This document shows positions 8,481-18,832 of a DNA stretch of 32,000 nt, piece by piece. This DNA is from Candidatus Babelota bacterium (lineage in GTDB: Bacteria > Babelota > Babeliae > Babelales > Vermiphilaceae). The stretch lies in assembly GCA_039809905.1 (NCBI GenBank), contig JBDHVY010000001.1, positions 60,001 through 92,000 of the forward strand, given 5' to 3'. The position numbers and the translations under genes are program-made. Below the pieces are notes generated by a model. It was not told the DNA's origin and did not search any database. It worked only from the letters and a program-made list of their open reading frames with translations. Numbering within the stretch: the stretch's first letter is position 1; each line of letters starts with the position of its first letter.

Positions 8481-10145
8481 TTAGAGTGCAGGCGGCGTTG
8501 GAACTCCTAAAACCTGGCACAGTACCAATGCAACAATATATGCTGAATAACAGGTATTACCATTGATTGTTTCTGGTACAACACTGTTATCACCAATATA
8601 CACATTTTGCAAACCGAATACTTTCAAGTTGCCATCAACAACACCATTGGAGATATCAGTTCCCATGCGAGCAGTTCCTACAGCATGTGATTGTATAGTC
8701 ATTTGACTCAATGCTGCTTGTACTAAATCTGCATCAGTTGCAAACTGTGCCGGTGCAGGATATAAGAGAGTTTCTCCTGATAAAGTCGCAACTTGCTGCA
8801 TAATTTTATAGAAAGAAGCTTGTAAATATGCATCAGTTCCTGGTGTAGTTACTGGACCATCATTAAACAATCCAATCTCTACCTTAGGCTGTAAGAAGGG
8901 ATTACTAGAACTTATCGTCACAGAACCTCTGCTTGATGGATTTGTTAATGCTGAAAGCGCCTGTAACAATTCTGCTGCGATTGGTATATTGATTATTTGT
9001 ATACGACGTTCACCATCATTTGGCATATAAGGAAAACCGGTAATGAATGCTTCTGCTTCAAATTCTACGTTTCCGGTCATAATTGCTGATCCACCATATT
9101 GGCACTGTAAGTTTTGACCTACCTGTGGACTATCTAGTACAACAGGAATACCAACTTCATCCAGTTGTGCTGCTGGTCCAACACCAGATTGCAATAATAT
9201 TCTTGGTGTTTGAATTGAACCGGCTGCTAAAATAAGCACACCTGTATCTTTTGTTAGGCTTGCTTTTGTAATTTCATATTCGATTTCATCTTTTTCGTTA
9301 TTACGAACCGTGTAGTGAACTGATGTCGCACGTTTATTACTATTAATTCTAATATCTAATGCTTGAGCATTGGTAATAACAGTCAATTTTCTACCACCTA
9401 TACCATGTCCATTTGCATCGATTACATTATTAAGATATTCAAATGCTGAAAAACTTCTACGGCTATTAGGCGCTGGCGTAATAAATTGTTGTACTGCTGA
9501 AATACCAATGTTACCAGATGGTGGATTATTATAATCCGCAACAAAAGGAGATTCTGTAACTGTTGATAATGCACTTAAATAATTACCTGCAGTTTGATCA
9601 ACAGGAGGATTTTGTGTTACTGAAATTGGACCATACAATCCTCGTTCTGCCGGGTTTATAGGTGTTCCATTCGGCGTATATTTTTCCAGCGTTTTCATCA
9701 AATTCAAAACATTGCCAAAATATGACCAACGTGGATTTCCTGTTGTTTCTGCCCATCCATCATAAATGTCGGGAGTTCCTCGTACAGCTATAAGAAAATT
9801 GTGAGCTCCACCACCACCAAGCTCGTGTCCTTCAGAATAGGTATACAGCGTTAAAGGTGGCAACAACGAAGGATAAACAATTGAATATTTTGGATCAGCA
9901 AGTAATGCTCCTGCATTATTGAACCAAATAGGATCAAGCGTTACCGGATCAGTTACATAATCACCACCCGCTTCAAGCAGCAATACGGATTTGTGAAAAT
10001 TATCACTTAGCTTGCGTGCTTCGATGCATCCAGCAGCACCACCGCCAATAATAATATAATCATAGCGTTTTTTTCCTTTTGCACTCATCATACCCGTACA
10101 TAAGAAAAGCATTGCTATGCTAATGCCTTTAAAACAGATCTTCAT
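8481..10145 (-). CDS. GMC family FAD-dependent oxidoreductase (choline dehydrogenase-like), apparently exported
   Basis: Signal peptide MKICFKGISIAMLFLCTGMMSA; YDYIIIGGGAAGCIEARKL...VLLLEAGGD; GHELGGGGAHNFLIAVRGTPDIYD; GVLILAAGSIQTPRILLQSGVGP; SHAVGTARMG; NVYIGDNSVVPETINGNTCYSAYIVA. Confidence 0.92.
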   Translation of the reverse strand: MKICFKGISIAMLFLCTGMMSAKGKKRYDYIIIGGGAAGCIEARKLSDNFHKSVLLLEAGGDYVTDPVTLDPIWFNNAGALLADPKYSIVYPSLLPPLTLYTYSEGHELGGGGAHNFLIAVRGTPDIYDGWAETTGNPRWSYFGNVLNLMKTLEKYTPNGTPINPAERGLYGPISVTQNPPVDQTAGNYLSALSTVTESPFVADYNNPPSGNIGISAVQQFITPAPNSRRSFSAFEYLNNVIDANGHGIGGRKLTVITNAQALDIRINSNKRATSVHYTVRNNEKDEIEYEITKASLTKDTGVLILAAGSIQTPRILLQSGVGPAAQLDEVGIPVVLDSPQVGQNLQCQYGGSAIMTGNVEFEAEAFITGFPYMPNDGERRIQIINIPIAAELLQALSALTNPSSRGSVTISSSNPFLQPKVEIGLFNDGPVTTPGTDAYLQASFYKIMQQVATLSGETLLYPAPAQFATDADLVQAALSQMTIQSHAVGTARMGTDISNGVVDGNLKVFGLQNVYIGDNSVVPETINGNTCYSAYIVALVLCQVLGVPTPPAL

Positions 10146-10314
10146 ACAACTCCTTTAAAAAAAATAAAACAATACCGACCGTCATTCTACTATTATGTCG
10201 TGCACAAATCAACGGTATTGCCTAATGAATAAAATCAACAAAAAAACAATTGAATTTATATGAGATCTTGCAGTAGCTTATAAAAAATATATTACCATAG
10301 CACAAAGGTTTTTT

Positions 10315-12789
10315 ATGAAATTACTACGCGCTATCGCTTGCATTATATTCTTTTGCATCGTTCATGCCAGCAAAGCAGAATACCAATATATAACATTTCT
10401 CAAAGATGTATCTCTCTCAGATATTCCACTGGTTGGCGGAAAAAATGCCTCACTAGGACAAATGATTAATTCATTAACCTCTCAAGGCATTCGAGTTCCG
10501 AATGGATTTGCTATCACAGTTGATGGATATGCTCGTTACATTACATATAATAATTTAACTGAAAAGATAACTGATTTAACGAATCAGATTACTGATATAG
10601 ATGACTTAAAAAATCTCAAAATCATCAGCAGTGCAATTCGTTCTCTTATTGAAAATGGAATTATTCCTGATGATCTTGCAGATGAAATCACTTATGCCTA
10701 CCAGGAACTTTCCGATCAGTATAATGAAGCATATTGCGATGTAGCGGTACGCTCATCTGCAACGGCAGAAGATCTTCCTGATGCTTCTTTTGCAGGACAA
10801 CAAGATACTTATCTACACGTACAAGGAATTGATAATGTTCTTACGTATTACAAAAAATGCCTTGCATCATTATTTACCGATCGAGCAATTGCATATCGTG
10901 TAGAACAAAATTTTGATCAATCAGAAGTAGCACTTTCAGTTGGCATTCAAAAAATGATTCGCTCTGATCTTGCATGTTCAGGCGTTGCATTTTCACTTGA
11001 TACAGAAAGTGGATTTACTGATGCCATAATTATTAATGGATCATATGGTCTTGGTGAAGCAATAGTTCAAGGATCAGTTACTCCCGATGAATACATTGTA
11101 CATAAAACAACTCTTGAACAAGGATTTGCTCCGATCATCAAAAAACAACTGGGCGTAAAATCAACAAAAGTTATTTATAGCAATCGAAATAATAATCTTA
11201 TTGAAACAACTAATGTATCTGATGAAGATCAATTACACTATTGTCTTACCAATGATGAAATTCTAGAGCTCGCGCATATGGTTATGACAATTGAAAAACA
11301 TTATTCACAACAATACGCAAAACGCAATAAAACGTATACTGCTATGGATATCGAATGGGCAAAAGATGGCATCGATGGTAAATTATATATCGTGCAAGCA
11401 CGCCCAGAAACCGTACATACAGGAAAACAAACAAACATTCTTCAGCTCTATTCTTTATCCGAAAGTAATGGCACGCTTGCTGATTCTATTTTGGTTAAAG
11501 GAATCAGTGTTGGTCAACAAATTACCAATGGAATAGCACGAATTATTAACTCGGTAGAAGATATCGATACTATCAATTCAACAGATATTATTATCACTGA
11601 TATGACAAATCCCGATTGGGTTCCTGCAATGAAACAAGCTGCTGGAATCATTACCAATCAAGGCGGTAGAACGTGTCATGCAGCAATTGTCAGCAGAGAA
11701 CTTGGCATTCCCGCAATTGTTGGCACACAAAATGCTACAGAAAAAATAGTTTCAGGACAAGCGATAACACTTGATTGCAGCAATGGAACAATCGGATATG
11801 TATATGATGGCATTATTCCTTTTGATGTAATAAACGTGCAATTAGATACTCTTGCTACACCACCTGTGCCAATAATGGTTAATATTGCTGATCCAGATAG
11901 CGCATTTAAAATATCAATGTTGCCTACAGCAGGAATTGGTTTAGTACGCCTTGAATTTATTATCACTAATGCACTCAAAATACATCCGATGGCTCTTATC
12001 TATCCTGAAATTATCACGGATCCACATATTACCGAAAAAATTGAACAAACAACTGCTGCATACACCAATAAAACAGATTTTTTTGTTGAACAACTTGCCT
12101 GTTCTGTTGGCATGATGGCAGCAGCATTTTATCCACGACCTATCATTGTTCGTTTTTCTGATTTTAAAAGTAACGAATATTACAATCTCATTGGTGGATC
12201 ATATTTTGAACCAACAGAAGAAAATCCTATGATTGGTTTTCGTGGCGCATCGCGCTATTACCATGAACGTTATAAAGATGCATTTGCTCTTGAATGCCAA
12301 GCAATGAAAATTGTTCGTGAAAAAATGGGTCTGACAAATGTAAAACTCATGATACCATTTGTTCGTACACTCACTGAAGCAGGAAATGTTCTGGATGAAA
12401 TGCACATTAATGGATTGGAACGCGGCATCAATGGATTAGAAGTTATTATGATGTGTGAACTGCCATCAAACGTTATGCTTATTGAAGAATTTAGTAATTA
12501 TTTTGATGGATTTTCTATTGGATCTAATGATCTGACACAAACCACTCTTGGCATTGATCGCGATTCTGCACTGATCAGCCATATCTTTGATGAACGGGAT
12601 CCGGCAGTAAAAAAAATGCTCACCAAAGCTATAAAAAAAGCTAATGAAATTGGAACATATATTGGTATTTGTGGACAAGCCCCATCAGATTTTCCTGAAC
12701 TTGCACAATATCTGATAGATATTGGCATAAACTCTGTTTCTCTCACACCTGATACAGTTATTCCGTTCTTAATGCGCTACGCGCAATAA
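10315..12789 (+). CDS. ppsA: Phosphoenolpyruvate synthase (pyruvate, water dikinase) with N-terminal signal-like peptide
   Basis: VGGKNASLGQMI, VAVRSSATAEDLPDASFAGQQDTYLHV, GSYGLGEAIVQGSVTPDEY, catalytic His region NQGGRTCHAAIVSRELGIPAIVG, FSIGSNDLTQTTLGIDRDS, GICGQAPSD; preceded by MKLLRAIACIIFFCIVHASKA. Confidence 0.95.
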   Translation: MKLLRAIACIIFFCIVHASKAEYQYITFLKDVSLSDIPLVGGKNASLGQMINSLTSQGIRVPNGFAITVDGYARYITYNNLTEKITDLTNQITDIDDLKNLKIISSAIRSLIENGIIPDDLADEITYAYQELSDQYNEAYCDVAVRSSATAEDLPDASFAGQQDTYLHVQGIDNVLTYYKKCLASLFTDRAIAYRVEQNFDQSEVALSVGIQKMIRSDLACSGVAFSLDTESGFTDAIIINGSYGLGEAIVQGSVTPDEYIVHKTTLEQGFAPIIKKQLGVKSTKVIYSNRNNNLIETTNVSDEDQLHYCLTNDEILELAHMVMTIEKHYSQQYAKRNKTYTAMDIEWAKDGIDGKLYIVQARPETVHTGKQTNILQLYSLSESNGTLADSILVKGISVGQQITNGIARIINSVEDIDTINSTDIIITDMTNPDWVPAMKQAAGIITNQGGRTCHAAIVSRELGIPAIVGTQNATEKIVSGQAITLDCSNGTIGYVYDGIIPFDVINVQLDTLATPPVPIMVNIADPDSAFKISMLPTAGIGLVRLEFIITNALKIHPMALIYPEIITDPHITEKIEQTTAAYTNKTDFFVEQLACSVGMMAAAFYPRPIIVRFSDFKSNEYYNLIGGSYFEPTEENPMIGFRGASRYYHERYKDAFALECQAMKIVREKMGLTNVKLMIPFVRTLTEAGNVLDEMHINGLERGINGLEVIMMCELPSNVMLIEEFSNYFDGFSIGSNDLTQTTLGIDRDSALISHIFDERDPAVKKMLTKAIKKANEIGTYIGICGQAPSDFPELAQYLIDIGINSVSLTPDTVIPFLMRYAQ

Positions 12790-12805
12790 TACCCATCTTA
12801 AACCA

Positions 12806-12836
12806 AACACGCTCTGCATTTTTTGCAGAGCGTGTT
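12806..12836. terminator. Terminator-like hairpin downstream of ppsA
   Basis: aacacgctctgca...tgcagagcgtgtt 13-bp perfect stem; weak T tract. Confidence 0.65.
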
Positions 12837-12861
12837 GTCTATTCTAGAAAAAATCAATACT

Positions 12862-13647
12862 TTATTCGTAACATGTTTGTAGAGAGCCAGTTTCTGAACA
12901 ACAAGCAATTTTTAAAAAATTATCTTTTTTTGAAAGAATATCATTATCAGAAGAAAAGATATCATTATTGCAAGCTTTCCAATAAAGCATAAGTGCCATT
13001 ATTCTTAATTCTTGCTTTTGCTTATCTGTAGTATTGCCTCTTTTTAATAGTTTTTCAAAAAGAAGAAAATCTCCGTCCAGGCATGCCCTTGCAATAGGAT
13101 TCATCGATACCCAATGACAAGGTACTCGAAACTTTTTAATAATCTGCGGAATGGTTGATTTTTCAGGTGAGCCATAGCTTTTCAGTAATTTTGACATTGA
13201 TTCTGTAGTGGCAAGATCTATTGGCTTCGATCCGTTTACATCATACACATGAAGAAAATCTTTATTTTTTGGCAATAAAACCTTGGCAATCTCAAGACGA
13301 TTATACTCTGCTGCAAGATGTAGATTTATATCATGACAACACGGAATCGAATCTACATCTGTTTTAATTTTGGATAAATCAGCAATCTTTTGAGCATAAT
13401 TTGTTTCAAAAGCTGGATATCGAGTTGCTTCTATAATAAGTTTTTCTACAGAGCGATTACGAAGACATATTGGACGATTGCATAATTCACCTTTACATAA
13501 CACATCATTAGAAGAATGTCTTCTAAATAATGGAGAAAACGAAGAACGCTTTGCCAAAGTCAAAAACATGCATTCAGTCATTAGTGGAACTATAGCTAGC
13601 ATGCAGACTAAATAATTCATTTTATTGTGATTCATAATAATCCTCAT
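12862..13647 (-). CDS. Secreted ankyrin-repeat protein
   Basis: 261 aa; N-terminal hydrophobic segment; NLHLAAEYNRLEIAKVLLPKNKDFLHVYDVNGSKPIDLAT ankyrin consensus. Confidence 0.75.
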   Translation of the reverse strand: MRIIMNHNKMNYLVCMLAIVPLMTECMFLTLAKRSSFSPLFRRHSSNDVLCKGELCNRPICLRNRSVEKLIIEATRYPAFETNYAQKIADLSKIKTDVDSIPCCHDINLHLAAEYNRLEIAKVLLPKNKDFLHVYDVNGSKPIDLATTESMSKLLKSYGSPEKSTIPQIIKKFRVPCHWVSMNPIARACLDGDFLLFEKLLKRGNTTDKQKQELRIMALMLYWKACNNDIFSSDNDILSKKDNFLKIACCSETGSLQTCYE

Positions 13648-13671
13648 TTTTTGTAAATTTAAATGTCTTTA

Positions 13672-15306
13672 TTATTTCATGGCTACTTGAGTCATCTTCA
13701 ATATCTCTTTTGCAGTTTCAGATAATTGATAGCGATAATCATGCGCGAGTCGTTGTTCTTCTTCAATGAGTTTGCTCATTTCCAAAACAATAAAAATTGT
13801 TTCTGCTGCACGTGTTACATTATCAGATGCGGAAATGGTCAAATATTCTTGCGTTGCTCCTTCTTTTATGACTCGTCTGAAATCATCAAGTGTTTTTATT
13901 TTGATGCCATTGATTTCATGCAACGTTGCACCAAGCGGCATATTGCGCCCACGATATAGTTGAGAATCAGGAAATACATGAGTAATAATCAAAACTGGTT
14001 CTGATTGATATTTTAGTTCTCCATACTTACGCAATCCTGGAGCATGGTCACCAAGCATACGAACATGATTCAAATTAAGCTCTTGAACTACCATTCCTCC
14101 AAAAATTTCATAATGAACTGATTCATATCCTGGATATATAGCTCGAATGGCTTGTAATTCAGGCAAACTAAAAGTTACCGTAAATATCTTTTTTTGCCCT
14201 TTACGATATACTACCAATGTAATGGAATCACCAATTGATAAGCGAAGCGGATAATCAACAATAGAAATTTTATCTTCACTCCATGGTACACTCATATCAC
14301 CAAACATATCAACTGCATGTCCATTGATTTCATAAATCATATCCCCTTTCATAATACCTGCTTTTTCAAGAGGACTGCCTTTAACTGTTTCAATAACATA
14401 ACAGCCACCAGGTAAAGGATTGCCTAAAAATTTAGTTAAACTTTCAGTGCTATTATTAAACCGCACACCCAAAAATGGCTTTCTCAAAATTTTTATTTCA
14501 TATAAATCATTTAAAATAGTTTTGAGGGTATTAATAGGAATTGCATAACCAACATTTTGAGCTTCAGTAACACCAGATGAATTAACACCAATTACTTCTC
14601 CACGTAAATTAAGCAATGGCCCACCAGAACTTCCTGGATTAATCGGTGCACTCATTTGAATTAAATGATGCTCATGACCACTAATAATTCCATTCGTACT
14701 CTTAAAGCATTGTTGGCCCAAAGGATATCCAACTGCAAGAACTTCATCAGAGCGTCTGACTAAGTCAGAATCACCAAGCGGCAAGTAAGGAATTCCTCCC
14801 AACTCTCTCGTTATTAATTCTTTGCTTTCATCTGTTACTCGCAGTAAAGCCAAATCACGTTCAAAACTAATCCCAACAACTTCCATATCAATAATGCGTT
14901 TACCCAATGATGGCACTTGTCCCCACACCGATTTTGCAGAACTAATCACGTGCGCATTAGTAATCAGATACCCTTGATCATTAATAAAAAAACCACTACC
15001 ACAAGCTGTGCCTTGTTGTGGTGTTTTATACGGTTCTAGAAGATCAATCGCTGAAATTTGCACAAATAATTGCACCACAGTATCACGAATACGGTCTTGA
15101 ACTGGTCGCCATAGTTGCGCACTTGAAATAACACTATCAACTATATGAGGATTTTGGTTGATAGGAACAAACGAGGTTTTTTGTTGTGATTGTTCCCACT
15201 GATTTTCTAATCGGAGTTGATTACGATAAAGATAAAACACAAAAGTGCTCAAAAAAAGAATAAATACTACTAAAATACTTATAACTACTCTATTTTTAAT
15301 TGACAT
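13672..15306 (-). CDS. HtrA/DegP-like serine protease, membrane anchored, with PDZ domains
   Basis: TM anchor VVISILVVFILFLSTFVFYLY; GSGFFINDQGYLITNAHVI (His), FERDLALLRV (Asp), SAPINPGSSGGPLLNLRGEVIGVNS (Ser); PDZ-like GCYVIETVKGSPLEKAGIMKGDMIYEINGH and a second GATLHEINGIKIKTLDDF. Confidence 0.92.
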   Translation of the reverse strand: MSIKNRVVISILVVFILFLSTFVFYLYRNQLRLENQWEQSQQKTSFVPINQNPHIVDSVISSAQLWRPVQDRIRDTVVQLFVQISAIDLLEPYKTPQQGTACGSGFFINDQGYLITNAHVISSAKSVWGQVPSLGKRIIDMEVVGISFERDLALLRVTDESKELITRELGGIPYLPLGDSDLVRRSDEVLAVGYPLGQQCFKSTNGIISGHEHHLIQMSAPINPGSSGGPLLNLRGEVIGVNSSGVTEAQNVGYAIPINTLKTILNDLYEIKILRKPFLGVRFNNSTESLTKFLGNPLPGGCYVIETVKGSPLEKAGIMKGDMIYEINGHAVDMFGDMSVPWSEDKISIVDYPLRLSIGDSITLVVYRKGQKKIFTVTFSLPELQAIRAIYPGYESVHYEIFGGMVVQELNLNHVRMLGDHAPGLRKYGELKYQSEPVLIITHVFPDSQLYRGRNMPLGATLHEINGIKIKTLDDFRRVIKEGATQEYLTISASDNVTRAAETIFIVLEMSKLIEEEQRLAHDYRYQLSETAKEILKMTQVAMK

Positions 15307-15444
15307 TCCATAGATCCTATAAAAACCATTTATTCACTATATATACGTAACTTGCTACAGTGTATAACAGAATTGAAAAAAACCAAAAATGATATATCAT
15401 GTAACGCAATATAAAAATATTTCACAACTAAAGGAGTTCGTATA

Positions 15445-16386
15445 ATGCTATCAATGAGTCTATCATGTATTTTTATACTGTGTATTTCTTCTTATATATT
15501 TCCTTGCACAAAACCAGGAGAAAATCTTGCTATCGTCATGACAAATGTAAGATCAATCATTAATCCTCTTATCTCTGGTTATACCGAGCCTATTCCTGCA
15601 ATTACTCATTTAAAGGATAGAGCACCATTGGATGATGAAGTAAAAAATATTTCGCAAAAACAATCGCTACCTCTTATTAAAGTTCTTTCTGAAACATTCA
15701 AAAAATCGAATGAAACAATTGGTTTATTAATCGAAACTGATAAATCTAACCAAATAATGAGAAATCAACTGTTTCTTGCGTGCGTTTTTCGTGATGCCGC
15801 CAAGAACTCTTTGAGTGATCATCTCAATCCAAAAAATGAAAAACTCATTTCGGATGGATCTATGGATTTTAACTTCACTTATGGAAATGATGCACGGACT
15901 CAATATATGATAGCGGCACGTTCTAGCGCAATCTTATCCGCAAATGGTCCTATCTATTCTATGGTAGTAATGAAATGGCTAAAAGAACATGGAGCTCAAA
16001 CAAATATATTGGATAATACAGGCAGAGATGCAGCATTGTGGTCAATTGGATCATTTCCTGGAGAAAATCCTCACCCAATTAATTTATTTTTTGATCAAAA
16101 AGAATTTGATATCAATAAAGTATATAACGTTCAAGATATTGGCGATGAATTAATACAAGTCTATTTACCAACAACAACGCTTTTAATGGAAGCTATTTGT
16201 GTTGCATGGAAAGAAATTTATCAAAATGAGACCGCACAATTAGTTTTAGTAAAATTATTATTAGAACATGGAGCTGATGCTGACAAAGAAGTAGCAGGAG
16301 TAACACCTCTGCAATTAGCAAAAGGATATAAAAATCTTACATATAATGAAGCAGTGGTTAGATTATTACAAAAACATTCAAAATAA
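15445..16386 (+). CDS. Secreted ankyrin-repeat protein
   Basis: Signal peptide MLSMSLSCIFILCISSYIFPC; MKWLKEHGAQTNILDNTGRDAALW and VKLLLEHGADADKEVAGVTPLQLAKGYKNLTYNEAVVRLLQ. Confidence 0.8.
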   Translation: MLSMSLSCIFILCISSYIFPCTKPGENLAIVMTNVRSIINPLISGYTEPIPAITHLKDRAPLDDEVKNISQKQSLPLIKVLSETFKKSNETIGLLIETDKSNQIMRNQLFLACVFRDAAKNSLSDHLNPKNEKLISDGSMDFNFTYGNDARTQYMIAARSSAILSANGPIYSMVVMKWLKEHGAQTNILDNTGRDAALWSIGSFPGENPHPINLFFDQKEFDINKVYNVQDIGDELIQVYLPTTTLLMEAICVAWKEIYQNETAQLVLVKLLLEHGADADKEVAGVTPLQLAKGYKNLTYNEAVVRLLQKHSK

Positions 16387-16429
16387 ACCTTAAAAAAATT
16401 ACTTATTATTACTCTGTTTTTTAACATGC

Positions 16430-16462
16430 AAAAGGACTCCGTATGATCAAGGAGTCCTTTTT
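16430..16462 (+). terminator. Rho-independent terminator downstream of the ankyrin gene
   Basis: aaaaggactcc gtatgatcaa ggagtcctttttt, 11-bp stem followed by T tract. Confidence 0.85.
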
Positions 16463-16547
16463 GATGTATCACCGATTAAGAAAGATCAGGAAGAGCAGAT
16501 AGAGAAATTGATGATTGCTATAAACCAAAACTCAACAGAACATATCA

Positions 16548-17816
16548 TTATTTCTTATAAAACGTATTTAATTCTGTGCCAAGCCATGAATCAATAATGG
16601 CAAATCCTAAATCCTTCAAAACTTTCGGATCTGAGTTTTTCATCGCACTTTGTTTCTTCACAATATCATCATCAAAAGAAATAATGGTGCCATGGCCAGA
16701 AAAACTGATCCAATTTTTATTGCCATGTTTTTCAGATAATTTTCGCGTAATTTTTTTCCAGACATCCATGTATGATATAGCATCCAGCGGCACACCAACT
16801 TGTTGTTTAACATACGCGCCACTTTTATACGAGGACCACTTAATGCCTAATGCTATACTTCTTATTGATCCAGTATCATCAGTAAGAGCTTTATAAAAAG
16901 CTTCATTATTAATTCTTCCAATTGCAAGATACCAGGCATTTTTGGTAAGAGCATATGCAAGAACATATTCTTCGCTTGGTAAAAAATATTTTGCTAAATT
17001 AACATAATAGCCTTTACCATTCCCATTAAAACAGTTCGCATATCCCATACTCGTCAAATACCTATCATAGGTGCCCCACACAGGAAAATAAAAATCCGTT
17101 ACTGCTTTTACCTGCTCGTATAAATCCTTATCTTCCAGTAAGAATTACTTGGGCCTACGAAAGGAGAAGATAAATCATCATGATAAAATAATACTTTTTG
17201 ATGAGGATATTTCCCGCTCACCAGAGGAAATTGAAACTCATCCTCATTTTTATCTTTGAATACTGGCAAGAAAAGACCCAATGATGCTGCTAAATCCCCC
17301 ATAGAAAATACGGGCCAGCCAAATATAGTAAATTGAAACCGCTGGACAGCTTCAAAATTAATAAGAAAATATGGTACTTGAAGCGTTCCTGAATAGACAT
17401 TACTCATTTTATCATCAATTAAGCTATTGCCTTTTTTATCATAAAAATGAGGAAATACGGGTCCATATTTTTTAGCATTTTCAACGAATTGCACCAATGC
17501 TGGAAAATGCTTGCCTTCCCGCCTCATGATTAAGACTTTCAATAATTCCATGCCATTTCAACAATGGAAATATGTTTAAGGCCATCCATTCTCTGCGAGA
17601 ATAACTGGCAACTTTATTCAAATCATAAGAACCATCAGGATTTTTCATCAATTCAAGTAGTTTTAAATTAAGCATTGGTGCAATCATGCACATATCATTA
17701 CTTTGTTGATGAAAAAAATATGTTGCTTCTTTTTTTGATCCATAGCAGGATCCATTGAATAAGAAGAATGGTAGTAAAAATAATACAACTGATGCAATAA
17801 CTATTTTTTTCATCAT
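16548..17816 (-). pseudogene. Secreted-protein gene broken into three ORFs by two frameshifts
   Basis: ORF 17481-17888 (real start about 17816, MMKKIVIASVVLFLLPFF signal), ORF 17108-17551 and ORF 16548-17081 join if frames are switched near 17515-17530 (GIIESLNHEAG / GKHFPALVQFVENAKKYG) and near 17110-17145 (PSNSYW / EDKDLYEQVKAVTDFYFPVWGTYDRYLTSMGYANCFNGN). Confidence 0.8.
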
Positions 17817-17841
17817 AATATCCCTATTGTTTACAATAGCA

Positions 17842-17880
17842 AAAAGGCAATAGCTTTCAATCTGAAAACTATTGCCTTTG
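17842..17880 (-). terminator. Rho-independent terminator for the 17919-18587 gene
   Basis: aaaggcaatagctttca ... tgaaaactattgccttt; on the minus strand followed by a T-rich tract. Confidence 0.75.
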
Positions 17881-17918
17881 GAAAACAAATAACGACTTTA
17901 ATTGAAATCAAACAAAGC

Positions 17919-18587
17919 TTAACTAACAAAACAATGTTTATGAGACATAAAAAAATGATATCCCCACAACAACGCGCAAACGCCCATTAGTATCACAGCT
18001 GTTCGATAAAAATGTGAAGGCTGCTGCCGAGTCGATGTGTACGACATAGTTGCATCAGCGCCTCTGTGGCTATGCCAATCTCTTATTCTTTGTGAAAATT
18101 CACGGCTATGAGAATAAATACAAACTTTCCATCCCTTTTCTTGATACTTTTCTATTCTTTGAGTAAATGAATTAAAATCAAAATCTTGCTTCGGATCGGT
18201 AAAATAAAAAACAAGACCCTTTTTTTGCTCATTTCGAGCAACATATGGATTATCTATTTGAATATCTTCAATATCTCTATCAAATAAATTGTGAGCTTCT
18301 ACTCCTTGTGACACTACTCGATAAAGCCTATTATCCCCAATAAACCAATCTATTTTGCATCGATTTAATAACTGTTTTGTATACCTTAAGTCAACTACCT
18401 TTGATGCAAATCCTACCAAGTCAATTTTAGCCTCTGAATCAACAAGAATAATATGCTTAGAATTCTTACTGTTGTCCAATTCAAAAATATTTGTTCTTAA
18501 TTCACTTTTACAGACCTCTTCTATAGATACTTCTGCTCCACTAGCAATATTATTTAAAAATAAAAACAGCAATAAAAAACATTTCAC
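17919..18587 (-). CDS. Secreted/membrane hypothetical protein, C-terminal TM
   Basis: 222 aa; short N-terminal signal MKCFLLLFLFLNNIASG; possible phosphatase-like fold (IILVDSEAKIDLVGF...GWKVCIYSHSREFSQRI, weak); C-terminal TM TAVILMGVCALLWGYHFF. Confidence 0.6.
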   Translation of the reverse strand: MKCFLLLFLFLNNIASGAEVSIEEVCKSELRTNIFELDNSKNSKHIILVDSEAKIDLVGFASKVVDLRYTKQLLNRCKIDWFIGDNRLYRVVSQGVEAHNLFDRDIEDIQIDNPYVARNEQKKGLVFYFTDPKQDFDFNSFTQRIEKYQEKGWKVCIYSHSREFSQRIRDWHSHRGADATMSYTSTRQQPSHFYRTAVILMGVCALLWGYHFFMSHKHCFVS

Positions 18588-18764
18588 AATAATTCCCTAC
18601 TTAAATATATATAATTATTTTAACATGCTATTGCTAAATAACATACAGCATTTGCCAAAATTAAGGTCCTATCCAAAAACTCTCAATCCAACAATGATTT
18701 TTTCACATTAAAGTCTCTTATTTTCTTTTAAAAAACAAAATAACAATACCTTCCCAGACTTAAT

Positions 18765-18793
18765 TTGTCAAAATGAGCCTAAACAGCTATTCT
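18765..18793 (+). promoter_or_regulatory. Duplicated glyS promoter-like element
   Basis: TTGTCA-N17-TATTCT followed by ATATAACAT; the same arrangement occurs at 26425-26453 upstream of intact glyS. Confidence 0.5.
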
Positions 18794-18832
18794 ATATAAC
18801 ATCTCTATTGAAAACTATGTATTTTTCAGCAC

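Noticed and set aside
11676-11978. 100-aa antisense ORF inside ppsA
   Set aside because: Lies fully opposite a motif-complete PEP synthase reading frame; no independent coding evidence. The same applies to 11291-11536, 12199-12405, 12466-12678 and 12498-12746.
17108-17551. Treating the three ORFs at 16.5-17.9 kb as three separate genes
   Set aside because: N-termini lack start signals and the sequences flow into one another across frame changes, so one broken gene is the simpler reading.
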